Source of the DNA: Bacteroidales bacterium | Lineage (GTDB): Bacteria; Bacteroidota; Bacteroidia; Bacteroidales; GCA-2748055 | Direction: 5' to 3' | DNA: 64,000 nt | NCBI GenBank assembly: GCA_030673645.1 | Contig: DAOVIO010000006.1 | Span: 5,027-69,026 of the forward strand | In this document: piece after piece, positions 19,521 to 29,859 of the stretch | Layout of the letters: the number at the start of each line of letters is the position of its first letter | Numbering within the stretch: the stretch's first letter is position 1 | Notes under the pieces: model-generated | The model's input: the letters and a program-made list of their open reading frames with translations, nothing else | The model's database searches: none | What the model was told of the DNA's origin: nothing | Position numbers and translations under genes: made by a program

Positions 19521-19994
19521 ATGAAGAAAATTAAAAACCCATTTGTTGGTCACCAAGGATTCAATTGCTTTGGTTGCTCTCCAGATAATTCTATTGGTTT
19601 AAAAATGGAATTCATTGATGAAGGTGATTACTTTATTTGTAATTGGGAGCCCAAGGAAAGGTTCCAGGGATACAATCATATTTTACATGGTGGCATTCAG
19701 GCAACACTAATGGACGAGATCGCAAGCTGGTACATTTTAGCTAAACTTGGAACCGCTGGAGTTACATCACAAATGGAAACCCGTCATAAAAAACCAATTT
19801 ACACGAATAAGGGAAAACTTAAAATTAAAGCCTGGCTTAAGGAACAATCAAGCAGAATTGTCAAAATTAATGTAGAAATTTATAATAATGACAACAGCCT
19901 TGGAGCTACTGGTATTATCGAGTATTTTATTCTATCACCTGAACAGGCAAAAGAAAAACTAATGTATCCGGGAAAAAATGCATTTTATTATTAA
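19521..19994 (+). CDS. PaaI-family (hotdog fold) thioesterase
   Basis: 157 aa; CFGCSPDN...GL N-terminus and HGGIQATLMDE core typical of PaaI/4HBT-type thioesterases. Confidence 0.7.
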   Translation: MKKIKNPFVGHQGFNCFGCSPDNSIGLKMEFIDEGDYFICNWEPKERFQGYNHILHGGIQATLMDEIASWYILAKLGTAGVTSQMETRHKKPIYTNKGKLKIKAWLKEQSSRIVKINVEIYNNDNSLGATGIIEYFILSPEQAKEKLMYPGKNAFYY

Positions 19995-20098
19995 TCAGGA
20001 GATTAGTCTAAATATACTTTCTGCTTAAACCTTCCATATGCATAAAAATAATTTTCGAAAAATTACCAAACAGCAAATCATATTATCTTCAATATATT

Positions 20099-21268
20099 AT
20101 GAAATACGATTTTGATAAACACATTGACAGAGAAAATACCAATAGTGTAAAGTATGATATCAGGGAAGAATATTTTGGAAAAAAAGATGTTTTGCCTTTA
20201 TGGGTTGCAGATATGGATTTTGAAACTCCAGAATTTATAAGAGAGGCAGTTATTAAGAGGGCTAAACATCCGATTTACGGATATACTCTCCGGGGTGATA
20301 GTTTTTATTCCTCAATTATAGACTGGATGAGAAAACGTCATGATTGGAAAGTAGAGAAGGATTGGATTTCATTTGCTCCGGGAATTGTTCCAGCTATTAA
20401 CATGGCTGTCCTTTCATTCACAAAACCAGGAGAAAAAATTCTTATCCAGCCACCTGTTTACCACCCATTTTTCTATGCCATAAAAGACCATAAAAGAGAA
20501 ATTCTTGAGAATAATCTGGTATACGAAAAGGGGAAATACACAATAGACTATAAAGATTTTGAAGAAAAAGCCAAAGAGGCAAAGGTTTTTATTCTTTGCC
20601 ATCCACACAATCCCGTTGGAAGATTATGGAACAAGGAAGAGCTTACTCAATTACTTAAAATATGCCGTAGGCATGAAGTAATGATCTTCTCTGATGAAAT
20701 TCATTCAGATCTTATACTTGGAGAAAATCCTCATATCCCTCTTTTAAGTCTGGAGGAAGAGCCAACCAATATTATTTCTTTCTATGCACCAAGTAAAACT
20801 TTTAATCTGGCTGGTTTATCCACTTCTTTCCTTATTATTCCCAATAAAAAAATAAAGATTATTTATGAAGAACTATTAAATTCATTGCATGTAAATATGG
20901 GGAATATTTTTGGAGCAGTCGCTCTGGAAAAAGCTTATGAGGAAGGAGAAGAATGGCTGGAACAGTTATTAGATTATTTAAAGTCTAATCTTAAATTCCT
21001 TAAAGATTTTATCGAAAAAAATATTCCTGAAATCAAAGTTATTAATCCTGAAGCAACATATCTGGTATGGTTGGATTTCAATCAATTAAATATTTGCGAT
21101 GAAGATCTTCGTAAATTCATTATTGAGAAGGCAGAGATTGGTTTAAACGATGGCCCAGGTTTTGGGAAAGCAGGATCCGGATTTCAGAGAATAAATATTG
21201 CCCTGCCCCAACTCATTCTGGAACATGCCCTAAAAAAGCTTGAAAAGGCAATAAAAACTATCAGGTAG
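20099..21268 (+). CDS. MalY/PatB-family PLP-dependent C-S lyase (cystathionine beta-lyase type)
   Basis: Class I/II aminotransferase fold: WVADMDF, HNPVGR, PLP-lysine context APSKTFNLAG. Confidence 0.8.
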   Translation: MKYDFDKHIDRENTNSVKYDIREEYFGKKDVLPLWVADMDFETPEFIREAVIKRAKHPIYGYTLRGDSFYSSIIDWMRKRHDWKVEKDWISFAPGIVPAINMAVLSFTKPGEKILIQPPVYHPFFYAIKDHKREILENNLVYEKGKYTIDYKDFEEKAKEAKVFILCHPHNPVGRLWNKEELTQLLKICRRHEVMIFSDEIHSDLILGENPHIPLLSLEEEPTNIISFYAPSKTFNLAGLSTSFLIIPNKKIKIIYEELLNSLHVNMGNIFGAVALEKAYEEGEEWLEQLLDYLKSNLKFLKDFIEKNIPEIKVINPEATYLVWLDFNQLNICDEDLRKFIIEKAEIGLNDGPGFGKAGSGFQRINIALPQLILEHALKKLEKAIKTIR

Positions 21269-21411
21269 TAGAATTCCTCAAACAAGAAAAGAGTATTCAT
21301 CTAAATATGGAAGAGTTAGGTATTAACTCAAGAGAAATATGCACAAAGAAAAACATTACTTCAGAAAGAAATAGATGATCAAAAATTAAAAAAGATTCCT
21401 AAGGGCTTCAT

Positions 21412-22830
21412 CTATAAATACTTGGACATAGTAGACAAAAGTTTTGGCAACCAAATGGGTTTAATTAGGAAATTGTCGAAATTTGTCAGATCCTTTTTAT
21501 CTCTACCACCTTCTAAACTATAAGCTGTTTGAGCAATAATAGGCAAATCACTTCTTAATTCCTTAATTTTTCTTGAAGCCTCATATCCGTCCATTATAGG
21601 CATTAAAATATCCATCAATACCAGGTCAACATTAGGATTTATTTTAACCTCATTAACAGCTTCTTCCCCATTTTGCGCCCAAACAAGCTTCACTTTTGTT
21701 GGTCTTAATAATTCCCGAAGATAAATAAAATTCGACTCAACATCTTCAGCAATTAAAATTGTATGATTACTTAAATCACTCTTACCTGGGTCCGCTTTGT
21801 CTAGTGTTGCAGTTTCTTGCTCAATTTCCAAATTTTCATTTTTAGTTATTTTAGTCGACTTAATTACGTTGAAAGGAAGTGTAAAATAAAAAGTTGATCC
21901 CTTTCCTAGTTTAGAATCAGCCCAAATATTCCCACCTAATAATTTTACTAAACTTTTTGAAATGGTTAATCTCAGAGCTACACCATCGAATGGCTGATTA
22001 TGATTATCAGATAGTTTCTTATATCGTTTGAAAATAATTTCCAGTCTATCCATTGAAAATCCCTGACCAGTATCTTTCACAAAGAACTCAAGAAGACCAT
22101 CCCCTTTCAATCTATACCCTAATTCTACAACTCCCTCCTCTGTGTGTTTAAGCGCATTCTCCAGTAAATTTGTAAGAACTTGCTTTAATCTTTCTTTATC
22201 AGTATTTACTCTAAGAGACTTTGGTGCTAAAGATGAATCAAGCTTCAACTTCACCTCTTGCCTGCCCATTTCTTTCTTCTTCTCATTATAGTACCTGAAT
22301 AGATCATTCAAAACATCCAAAACATCAAAATCTGATTTATTAATCTCAAGTTCATTTGACTCGATTTTTGCGATATCAATAAGATTATTAATAAACAGCA
22401 AAAGATAATTTCCACTAGAGTGAATATGACTTATATAAGTATCTTTAGATTGTGAAGATAAGTTTGGATCTTTCAATAATTCAGAGAATCCAATAATTGC
22501 ATTTAAAGGAGTTTTTATTTGATGTGATAAACTGAAAACAAATCCAGTATCCATTTTTGATGGCATACTTTCTCTGCCTGACTTATGCTTTAGAAATTCA
22601 ATCTCAATGTCTAATTCGCTGATAAAACCTGAAATTATAAATCCGAAAATAATTAGCCCAACAAACATTAACAACCGGTTATAAACCTCAATTAAAGGTA
22701 CAGCAGTAATGAATACTTGTAAAAATGTATCTTCTTCATTAAAGAGCAAATAATAAATAGTAGCGTCAAGAATGTATAGAATGATCGCAATCAGAATTGC
22801 ATAAAGAATAACTTTGTTTTTTGAATTCAT
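21412..22830 (-). CDS. hybrid sensor histidine kinase/response regulator
   Basis: Three N-terminal TM helices, H-box SHQIKTPLNAIIGFSELL, HATPase_c (DTGQGF...GKGSTF), and a C-terminal receiver (ILIAEDV...DLVLMDILMPIMDG). Confidence 0.85.
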   Translation of the reverse strand: MNSKNKVILYAILIAIILYILDATIYYLLFNEEDTFLQVFITAVPLIEVYNRLLMFVGLIIFGFIISGFISELDIEIEFLKHKSGRESMPSKMDTGFVFSLSHQIKTPLNAIIGFSELLKDPNLSSQSKDTYISHIHSSGNYLLLFINNLIDIAKIESNELEINKSDFDVLDVLNDLFRYYNEKKKEMGRQEVKLKLDSSLAPKSLRVNTDKERLKQVLTNLLENALKHTEEGVVELGYRLKGDGLLEFFVKDTGQGFSMDRLEIIFKRYKKLSDNHNQPFDGVALRLTISKSLVKLLGGNIWADSKLGKGSTFYFTLPFNVIKSTKITKNENLEIEQETATLDKADPGKSDLSNHTILIAEDVESNFIYLRELLRPTKVKLVWAQNGEEAVNEVKINPNVDLVLMDILMPIMDGYEASRKIKELRSDLPIIAQTAYSLEGGRDKKDLTNFDNFLIKPIWLPKLLSTMSKYL

Positions 22831-23457
22831 GGTACAGTCAATCGTTTGATGTTCAATAAAATTAGAAGATTAATTACAAAAATCAAACACTTTTGAATAA
22901 TATAAATAAAATCTTACATATAATTCTGGTAGTTTACGCAAAAAAACCATTAAGGTTTGAGTAATTTGAGAAATATATTCAAAAGAAAATCGGGCATAAT
23001 AACATTCTGTAAACAAGACTTTTAGAGCAGTCTTGATTTATAAATATTCTTCAGTCAAGTACTTCTGTCAAGGCCGGAAGCTTCTTAAATAGTATAGAAG
23101 CTAAATAAATATTAACGGCAATAAACATAATCGAAAGATTATGCTGATAAATAAAGATTAGAATTAATAATTCAGGTTTTGAAGAAGCCATAAAAAGAGC
23201 TTGTTCGGGAGGTAATTCTCCCTTCATATTCAATACATTTAGTAGAGCAAGACAGGATAGCTCGTTTCTTTGTAACGATTAAATTGGCAATAAGGCCGTT
23301 CTGGCATTAAGTTATGAATCAATTTAAATTCCTTTGACCGGATAGCTCTCATTGCATCTTGTGTTTCATCCATCTTATCTCTAGCTGCAACTAAACTTGC
23401 CCCCCTATACATGCAATTCTTTCTATTTTCATATTTTAATATATTATTGTTTCTTCC

Positions 23458-24456
23458 TTAAACCACAATAGACTTAGCCTCTTCCAGTAACTGATCTTTG
23501 TCTACAGGAACAACACCCGGCTTCTCACAAACTTGTCCACCAGCAAGATTAGACAAAGCCGCTGTTTGAAGAGGATTTAACTTTGCGCCAAGACAAAGAG
23601 CAGCTACGCTTATTACAGTATCACCTGCGCCAGACACATCTGTTATATCTCGTACTTCTGCAGAGATATGATGGTATGCATTTCTGTGATTCACAATAAT
23701 CCCAAGTTCTGATAAGGTAAGCATCACATTCTTTATCGACTGCTCTTTCCTAAATTCCTCCATTAAAGAAGCTACATCTTTCATGTCAGATTTGTCAACA
23801 TCAGCTTTCAAGCCTTCTTTTAGCTCTTTAAAATTAGGCTTAAACAGGCTAACTTTTTTATATGAAAGAAAATTTTTCTTTTTGGGGTCAACTAAAACAG
23901 GAATTTTTGCACTATTAGCCATTTTCACAACCTCCTCGATAAGTCTAGTTGTAATTACTCCTTTGTCATAGTCTTGAAACAAAACCGACTGGATTGACTT
24001 TTTATTAATGACTTCCCTGATAAAGGAAATTAACTTATCCTCTGATCTGGGTGATATTTTTTCATCTATTTCCTCATCTACCCTTAATAAATGCTGATTA
24101 TTACTGATGATTCTGGTCTTTTGAGTAGTAATTCTTTCTTCGTCAATAATTATCCCAATATCAGTAAGCTTTTCCTCTTTCAGCAAATCAAGAAAAACTT
24201 TTCCTTTTTCATCATTTCCTATTACTGAGCATAAAATTGGGATCGCTCCTAAAGCTCTGATATTCAGAGCCACATTAGAAGCTCCACCTAATCTTTTCTC
24301 ATCACTTAGATCTGAAATGACCGGTACCGGAGCTTCTGGAGATATTCGCTTAACTTTTCCCCAAAAATAATTATCAATCATTACATCGCCAATGATTAAT
24401 ACTTTCTGGGAAGAAAAATCTTTAAAAATTTTATCTAAATTTAGTTTTGATAGCAT
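23458..24456 (-). CDS. PfkB-family sugar kinase, D-beta-D-heptose 7-phosphate kinase (RfaE domain I)-like
   Basis: VLIIGDVMIDNYFWGKVKRISPEAPVPV N-terminus and C-terminal DVSGAGDT motif. 332 aa with no fused adenylyltransferase domain. Confidence 0.7.
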   Translation of the reverse strand: MLSKLNLDKIFKDFSSQKVLIIGDVMIDNYFWGKVKRISPEAPVPVISDLSDEKRLGGASNVALNIRALGAIPILCSVIGNDEKGKVFLDLLKEEKLTDIGIIIDEERITTQKTRIISNNQHLLRVDEEIDEKISPRSEDKLISFIREVINKKSIQSVLFQDYDKGVITTRLIEEVVKMANSAKIPVLVDPKKKNFLSYKKVSLFKPNFKELKEGLKADVDKSDMKDVASLMEEFRKEQSIKNVMLTLSELGIIVNHRNAYHHISAEVRDITDVSGAGDTVISVAALCLGAKLNPLQTAALSNLAGGQVCEKPGVVPVDKDQLLEEAKSIVV

Positions 24457-24643
24457 GGGGTTGGTGGATTGGTTTGCTGATGTGCTAGTGTGTTTATGTG
24501 CTGGTGCTAAGTTAAACTCAGCTTTCGGAAGTTTACAACCGAAAGATGTTAGTTGAATTCATGCTGAACCTGGTTCAGTACTAGTCCCGATCCCGATAGC
24601 CATCGGGACTCTCGGGATCTTAGCCTGCTTGTTTGCTGTTTGC
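24457..24643. repeat. compound GC-rich intergenic element (E4) with three hairpins
   Basis: G/T-rich heptads at 24457-24509 (tgtgctggtgct). Hairpins CTTTCGG/CCGAAAG (24522-24545), CTGAA/TTCAG (24564-24578) and nested TCCCGA-TCCCGAT/ATCGGGA-TCGGGA (24585-24617). Tail cctgcttgtttgctgtttgc. Confidence 0.65.
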
Positions 24644-24650
24644 AAATATA
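24643..24650 (-). promoter_or_regulatory. candidate -7 promoter box (TATATTTG on minus strand)
   Basis: TAnnTTTG match just after the priA stop. If used, all of element E4 becomes the ~180-nt leader of the heptose-kinase-like gene. Confidence 0.35.
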
Positions 24651-24655
24651 TTATT

Positions 24656-27112
24656 TTAAAACGGATCGACATCAATATTAATTCGGACTTTTTTAATCTT
24701 ATTATCAGATTCTAAAGCATCTAGCTTTTCTGTCAACAACAGTTTAGCCTTCTTAAATGAGGCCTTTTTCTCAATTTTCAAAATTATCTGATGTAGATAC
24801 CAGTTTTTTACTCTGGAAACCAGTGGTGTATGTGGTCCCAAAACTCTCTTTCCAAATATTTTTCTCAATTCAATCGATAATTCAGATGCAGCTATTTTTC
24901 CATCATTAAATTCTTTAGATTTGATTTGTATTTTGATCATTCTTACGTATGGAGGATAATTGAATTCCTGCCTTTCTGCATTCTGCTCCTTAAAAAATGA
25001 AACAAAGTCATTATTAAGTACATGCTGAATTACTGGATGGGAAATATCTGTTGTCTGAATAATCACCATACCTCTTTTATTCTTCCTGCCAGCTCTCCCG
25101 CTAACCTGCGACATAAGCTGAAAGCTTCTTTCCAAGGCCCTGAAATCGGGAAAATTTAGCATCTGATCTGCATTTAATATCCCGACAAGAGCAACATTAT
25201 CAAAATCCAGACCCTTAGAAAGCATTTGTGTTCCAACCAGAATATCTGTCGACCCTTCTCCAAAAGATTTCAAGATTCTGTCATATGAATTTTTTGAACG
25301 CGTAGAATCGAGATCTAATCTTGCAATCTTCACGCCCGGGAAAATTAGTTCCATTTCATCCTCAACCAGTTCAGTGCCAAATCCCCTTGTTACTAATCTG
25401 GTGCTATTACACTCCGGACATTGCTTAGGAATCTTTGTGTTTGAACCACAATAATGACATAAAAGATAATTTCTACTTTTATGATGTGTGAAGCTAACAT
25501 CACATGATTTACAATTAGGCATCCAGCCACAAATATCGCATTCAATGTATGATGAATATCCGCGACGGTTTTGAAAAAGAATAATTTGCTTTCTTCTTTT
25601 AAGTGTCTCTTCTATATGCTTAATCAGCACTGGAGTAAAAACAGATCTCATTTCTCTTTTCAAGCGTGATTTCCTAATATCAGCTATCAGTATCTCAGGG
25701 AGCATAAGTCCACCAAAACGTTCGGTAAGTTTTACATATCCATATTTTCCGGTATTACAATTCGCATAAGTTTCCATACAAGGAGTAGCAGTTCCGAGTA
25801 ATACTTTAGCATTATGGTATGATGCTAAAACGATGGCACTATCGCGGGCATGATATCTTGGAGCAGGATCATATTGTTTAAAAGTATTTTCGTGCTCCTC
25901 ATCAACAATTACGAGTCCCAGATCTCTGAATGGTAAAAACAAGGCAGACCTGACACCGATAATAAGTTTATATTCATCTTCCTTATTATCGATTAACTTA
26001 CGATAAACCCCTACCCTTTCAGAATCATTGAATTTACTGTGGTAAACTCCAATTGTGTCACCAAACACTTTTTTCAGGCGATCAACAATCTGTGAAGTCA
26101 GTGCTATTTCAGGAAGCAGATACAGTACCTGTCTCCCTTGAGAAATGATCTCTTTAATCAAAGATATATAAATCTCTGTCTTGCCACTAGATGTAACACC
26201 ATGTAGCAGAGTAACATCTTTTTCCTTAAATGAGTTTTTAATTTCTTCAAAAGCTATATTCTGTGCTTTGCTCAATGAAAAAGTCTCACGGGTTCTAGCT
26301 TGAATATTAAAAGGTTCTACTTTATCTTTTTCAATCTTATTAATCAGACCTTTGCTAAATAAATTATTAATAAGATTTAAGCTGAAATTTTCATAAAGTA
26401 ATGCTTGTTTAATTTCCGTTTTTCCTTCAGAATATGATTTTGCCAAAAAAGTCATAAGCTCTCTTTGTCGTGGCGATCTGCCAAATTCAGCTTCCCATCC
26501 TTCTGTAGAAATCAATTCTCTTCCTGCTTCGCTTAAAAGTAAATAAATTTCCTTCTTCGGTTTATAGTCCTCTCTAAGTCTCTCTTCGATAAAAATCACT
26601 TTTTCATCCAGCATTTCCCTTATGTCTTTTTGAACATTCTTAAGACCTGTTTTTCCGGGAAGCTCAGAAATGCTAACAGCATTATTCTTTTTTAGATATC
26701 CACTAATAAGTTTTTGTCTCTCATTCAATTCTGAAGTCTTTTCATATGTTTCATTCAGAATAATTTTAGATTCGCTCTCAAGCTTTAGTCCACCTGGCAA
26801 TCCAGCTTTTAACACCTCCCCCAGGCTGGTAATATAATATTCAGAGATCCATTTCCACAGTTTGAGTTGAGATTCTCTTACAATAGGGGCCTTATCAATA
26901 AACTCAGATATTTCTTTGACATTCTCAAGATCCGGTTCATTATTATGCAAACGATAAATTATAGCCGTGTATAATTTGCGCTGACCTAAAGGCACGATAA
27001 TCCGCATTCCAATTTCCGGGAGGAGGGTGATATTTTCCGGGATTCGATAAGTATATAATTCTTTTATTGCAAGGGGCAGAATAACATCTGCGAATGAATA
27101 CTTCTTGCTCAT
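24656..27112 (-). CDS. priA: primosomal protein N' (replication restart helicase)
   Basis: 818 aa; Walker A GVTSSGKTE, DEEH box, Cys-rich zinc insertion (CDICGWMPNCKSCD...CHYCG...CPEC). Confidence 0.9.
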   Translation of the reverse strand: MSKKYSFADVILPLAIKELYTYRIPENITLLPEIGMRIIVPLGQRKLYTAIIYRLHNNEPDLENVKEISEFIDKAPIVRESQLKLWKWISEYYITSLGEVLKAGLPGGLKLESESKIILNETYEKTSELNERQKLISGYLKKNNAVSISELPGKTGLKNVQKDIREMLDEKVIFIEERLREDYKPKKEIYLLLSEAGRELISTEGWEAEFGRSPRQRELMTFLAKSYSEGKTEIKQALLYENFSLNLINNLFSKGLINKIEKDKVEPFNIQARTRETFSLSKAQNIAFEEIKNSFKEKDVTLLHGVTSSGKTEIYISLIKEIISQGRQVLYLLPEIALTSQIVDRLKKVFGDTIGVYHSKFNDSERVGVYRKLIDNKEDEYKLIIGVRSALFLPFRDLGLVIVDEEHENTFKQYDPAPRYHARDSAIVLASYHNAKVLLGTATPCMETYANCNTGKYGYVKLTERFGGLMLPEILIADIRKSRLKREMRSVFTPVLIKHIEETLKRRKQIILFQNRRGYSSYIECDICGWMPNCKSCDVSFTHHKSRNYLLCHYCGSNTKIPKQCPECNSTRLVTRGFGTELVEDEMELIFPGVKIARLDLDSTRSKNSYDRILKSFGEGSTDILVGTQMLSKGLDFDNVALVGILNADQMLNFPDFRALERSFQLMSQVSGRAGRKNKRGMVIIQTTDISHPVIQHVLNNDFVSFFKEQNAERQEFNYPPYVRMIKIQIKSKEFNDGKIAASELSIELRKIFGKRVLGPHTPLVSRVKNWYLHQIILKIEKKASFKKAKLLLTEKLDALESDNKIKKVRINIDVDPF

Positions 27113-27195
27113 TTTTTTAATGAAATAATCCCTGATAATAAATCAGAGCGGTATTTTGGTTGTAATAAATGGATTACACAGTCTTGCTTAGCAGC

Positions 27196-28179
27196 TTATA
27201 CTGATAAAATATCAGCCATTTCCAGATCAACAGGATCTATGCTTTTATGTCTTTTTGTTACTTTTCGGAAGGGAACATAAACAATTTCATTATCCTTGAT
27301 ACCAATCATAACAGACTTCTGATCATCGAGCAAGGCTTCTATTGCATAATAGCCAAGTTTACTGGCATTGTACCTGTCTTTTGCCGAAGGAGTTCCTCCA
27401 CGCTGAATATGTCCAAGAATAGATACCCGAACGCTGTAATCTTCAAAATCCTTTTTTACTTTTTCTGCTATTTGCATTGCACCACCTTCTTCATCACCTT
27501 CAGCCACGATTATTATGTTACTGGATTTCTTTCTTTTATGTCCTTTCTCCAGATGATCCTTAAGTCCAGCAACCTGATTTTCTTGTTCGCGAACAAAAAT
27601 TGCCTCAGCTCCTGTTGCAACACCACCTTCCAAGGCAATAAATCCGGCATCACGTCCCATTACTTCAATAAAAAACAATCTGTTATGACTGCTGGCGGTA
27701 TCTCTAATCTTATCAATAGCTTCAACTACAGTATTTAATGCAGTGTCATATCCTATAGTATAATCAGTCCCAAATATGTCGTTATCAATTGTTCCTGGTA
27801 TGCCTATAAAGGGAATGCCGGGATATTCATCACAAAAAATTCTGGCCCCAGTCATCGATCCATCTCCACCTATAACAACAACAGCATCTATTTCTTCTTT
27901 TTTCAAATTATCATAAGCCATTTTCCTTCCTTCTGCTGTCATAAACTCCTTACTTCTTGCAGTTTTAAGGATAGTACCTCCCCGACCAATTATATCGCTG
28001 ACACTAAATGATTTTAATTCTTTAAAATGACCATTAATCATACCATGATATCCGTGTCGGATGCCAATTACCTGCATTTCATTATATACGGCAGCTCTTG
28101 TTACACCTCTAATGGCTGCGTTCATTCCTGGTGCGTCTCCTCCCGAAGTAAAAACACCTATTTTTTTCACTTTCCCCAT
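27196..28179 (-). CDS. pfkA: ATP-dependent 6-phosphofructokinase
   Basis: GVFTSGGDAPGMNAAIR, VIGGDGS, GIPGTIDND, MGR motifs. Confidence 0.9.
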   Translation of the reverse strand: MGKVKKIGVFTSGGDAPGMNAAIRGVTRAAVYNEMQVIGIRHGYHGMINGHFKELKSFSVSDIIGRGGTILKTARSKEFMTAEGRKMAYDNLKKEEIDAVVVIGGDGSMTGARIFCDEYPGIPFIGIPGTIDNDIFGTDYTIGYDTALNTVVEAIDKIRDTASSHNRLFFIEVMGRDAGFIALEGGVATGAEAIFVREQENQVAGLKDHLEKGHKRKKSSNIIIVAEGDEEGGAMQIAEKVKKDFEDYSVRVSILGHIQRGGTPSAKDRYNASKLGYYAIEALLDDQKSVMIGIKDNEIVYVPFRKVTKRHKSIDPVDLEMADILSV

Positions 28180-28244
28180 TATTCTTAGTTAAAATATTTC
28201 TGAACGGAAAATTCTTTTATAATGATTAAAATTAGAACATTTAT

Positions 28245-29117
28245 TTAAATAATCTTAAAACTTTCGATTCTTTCCTTTACTAATTTTAATACCCAGGCCG
28301 GTGTGGATGTTGCGCCTGCAATTCCGACATTCGCCACCGAATCAAACCACTCCTCTTTTAGCTGGTCGACCTCGGAAATAAATTTAGAATTATCATTTTC
28401 TTTTTTGCAGATATCAAAAAGAATTTTTCCGTTTGAACTATTACGCCCTGCAACAAATATTAAGATGTCGTATGATTGTGCAAAATCAACTATCCCGGGT
28501 TGTCTGTGCGAGATATGTTTGCAAATTGTATTCTTAACTTCAACCTTAACACCGGGATGCTCCTTTGCATTTCCCCTTATCTGATTCTCCATTTCTGTAA
28601 AACCCTCAGAATCCATAGTTGTTTGGGAGAATAAGGTTAAATTTTTTTCCGGATTAATTTTCTTTATGTCTTCAGAATTTCTGATTATAACTGCACTATT
28701 ATTTATCTGACCATTAAGAGCTTTCACTTCGGGATGTGATGTTTTTCCATAAATAACAATCTGATCATTTTGAGTATCAGAATTTTTATAGCTATTACGA
28801 ATTTGCTTCTGTAGTGCATTTACTATAGGACAGGTGCCATCTATAATAGAAATATTTCTCTCTTCGCAAATCTCGTAAGTTGACGGTGGTTCCCCATGAG
28901 CTCTTATTAAAACTGTTTCATCTTTCAATTTAAGGAGATCTTCTTTTTCAATAAATATCATTCCTTTTTCAGCCAAACGATTAACTTCTTCCTCATTGTG
29001 TACAATTTCACCCAGACAATAAAGTTTATCACCCTTATCAAGGATCTCCTCTGCCATTTGAATGACCTTACTAACCCCAAAACAAAAACCTGAACTTTTT
29101 TCTATTTCAATATTCAC
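28245..29117 (-). CDS. ispH: 4-hydroxy-3-methylbut-2-enyl diphosphate reductase
   Basis: GFCFGV, HNEEEV, DGTCP, SSN motifs. GTG start at 29117 overlaps the cmk stop (GTGA). Confidence 0.9.
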   Translation of the reverse strand: MNIEIEKSSGFCFGVSKVIQMAEEILDKGDKLYCLGEIVHNEEEVNRLAEKGMIFIEKEDLLKLKDETVLIRAHGEPPSTYEICEERNISIIDGTCPIVNALQKQIRNSYKNSDTQNDQIVIYGKTSHPEVKALNGQINNSAVIIRNSEDIKKINPEKNLTLFSQTTMDSEGFTEMENQIRGNAKEHPGVKVEVKNTICKHISHRQPGIVDFAQSYDILIFVAGRNSSNGKILFDICKKENDNSKFISEVDQLKEEWFDSVANVGIAGATSTPAWVLKLVKERIESFKII

Positions 29118-29791
29118 TTTTTGACTTTCTTTATTAAATCTCTAAACCAGATCATCTGATCTTCAGGTGTTAAATTGGAGTTATCCAACAAAACAGCATC
29201 GGAACTCTGAACCAGGGGACTGGTTTCACGACTCTGATCTATTTTATCTCTGTGCATCAGATTTTCTAATATTTCATCAAAACTCACATTTTCACCTTTA
29301 GCGATGAGTTCATCAAATCTTCTATGTGCTCTAACCTCCGGACTTGCTGTTAGAAAAATCTTAATCTCAGCATTAGGGAAAACTACGCTACCAATATCTC
29401 TTCCCTCCATAACAACAGACTGATTATCTCCGTAATTTCTCTGAATTTCAACCAATCGATGCCTTAACTCAGGAACAACACTAACTTCACTTACCATTGA
29501 AGAAACGGTGAGCGAGCGAATCTCTCCCTCTACATCTTTATCATTAAGAAAAACGTGCTGTTTTGCTGAATATTGAACTTTTCTGAATTCAATATTAATC
29601 TTATCAAGCGATTGTACAAGTTCATCTACATTTAGTTTTCCTGCATGAATAATGTCATTTTCAAAGCAATACAAAGTAGCAGCCCTATACATAGCTCCAC
29701 TGTCAATGTATAAAATATCCAGCTCATCAGCAATTTGCTTTGCAAAACTGGATTTCCCGCAGGATGAATGACCATCGATAGCTATAATCAT
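29114..29791 (-). CDS. cmk: (d)CMP kinase
   Basis: IIAIDGHSSCGKSSFAK P-loop, DSGAMYR, GRDIGSVVFP. Confidence 0.9.
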   Translation of the reverse strand: MIIAIDGHSSCGKSSFAKQIADELDILYIDSGAMYRAATLYCFENDIIHAGKLNVDELVQSLDKINIEFRKVQYSAKQHVFLNDKDVEGEIRSLTVSSMVSEVSVVPELRHRLVEIQRNYGDNQSVVMEGRDIGSVVFPNAEIKIFLTASPEVRAHRRFDELIAKGENVSFDEILENLMHRDKIDQSRETSPLVQSSDAVLLDNSNLTPEDQMIWFRDLIKKVKK

Positions 29792-29859
29792 AAAATGAAA
29801 TTATTTTAACACAAAAGTAGGAAAAACCAGCGTACAGACAAGGCGTGCATAGAGAGTAC

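Noticed and set aside
23061-23085. gtcaaggccggaagcttc resembles the SRP (4.5S) RNA GGAA-tetraloop core
   Set aside because: It lacks the flanking conserved GGAAGCAGC and symmetric-loop sequences and any extended helix 8 pairing. It also lies inside a small ORF.
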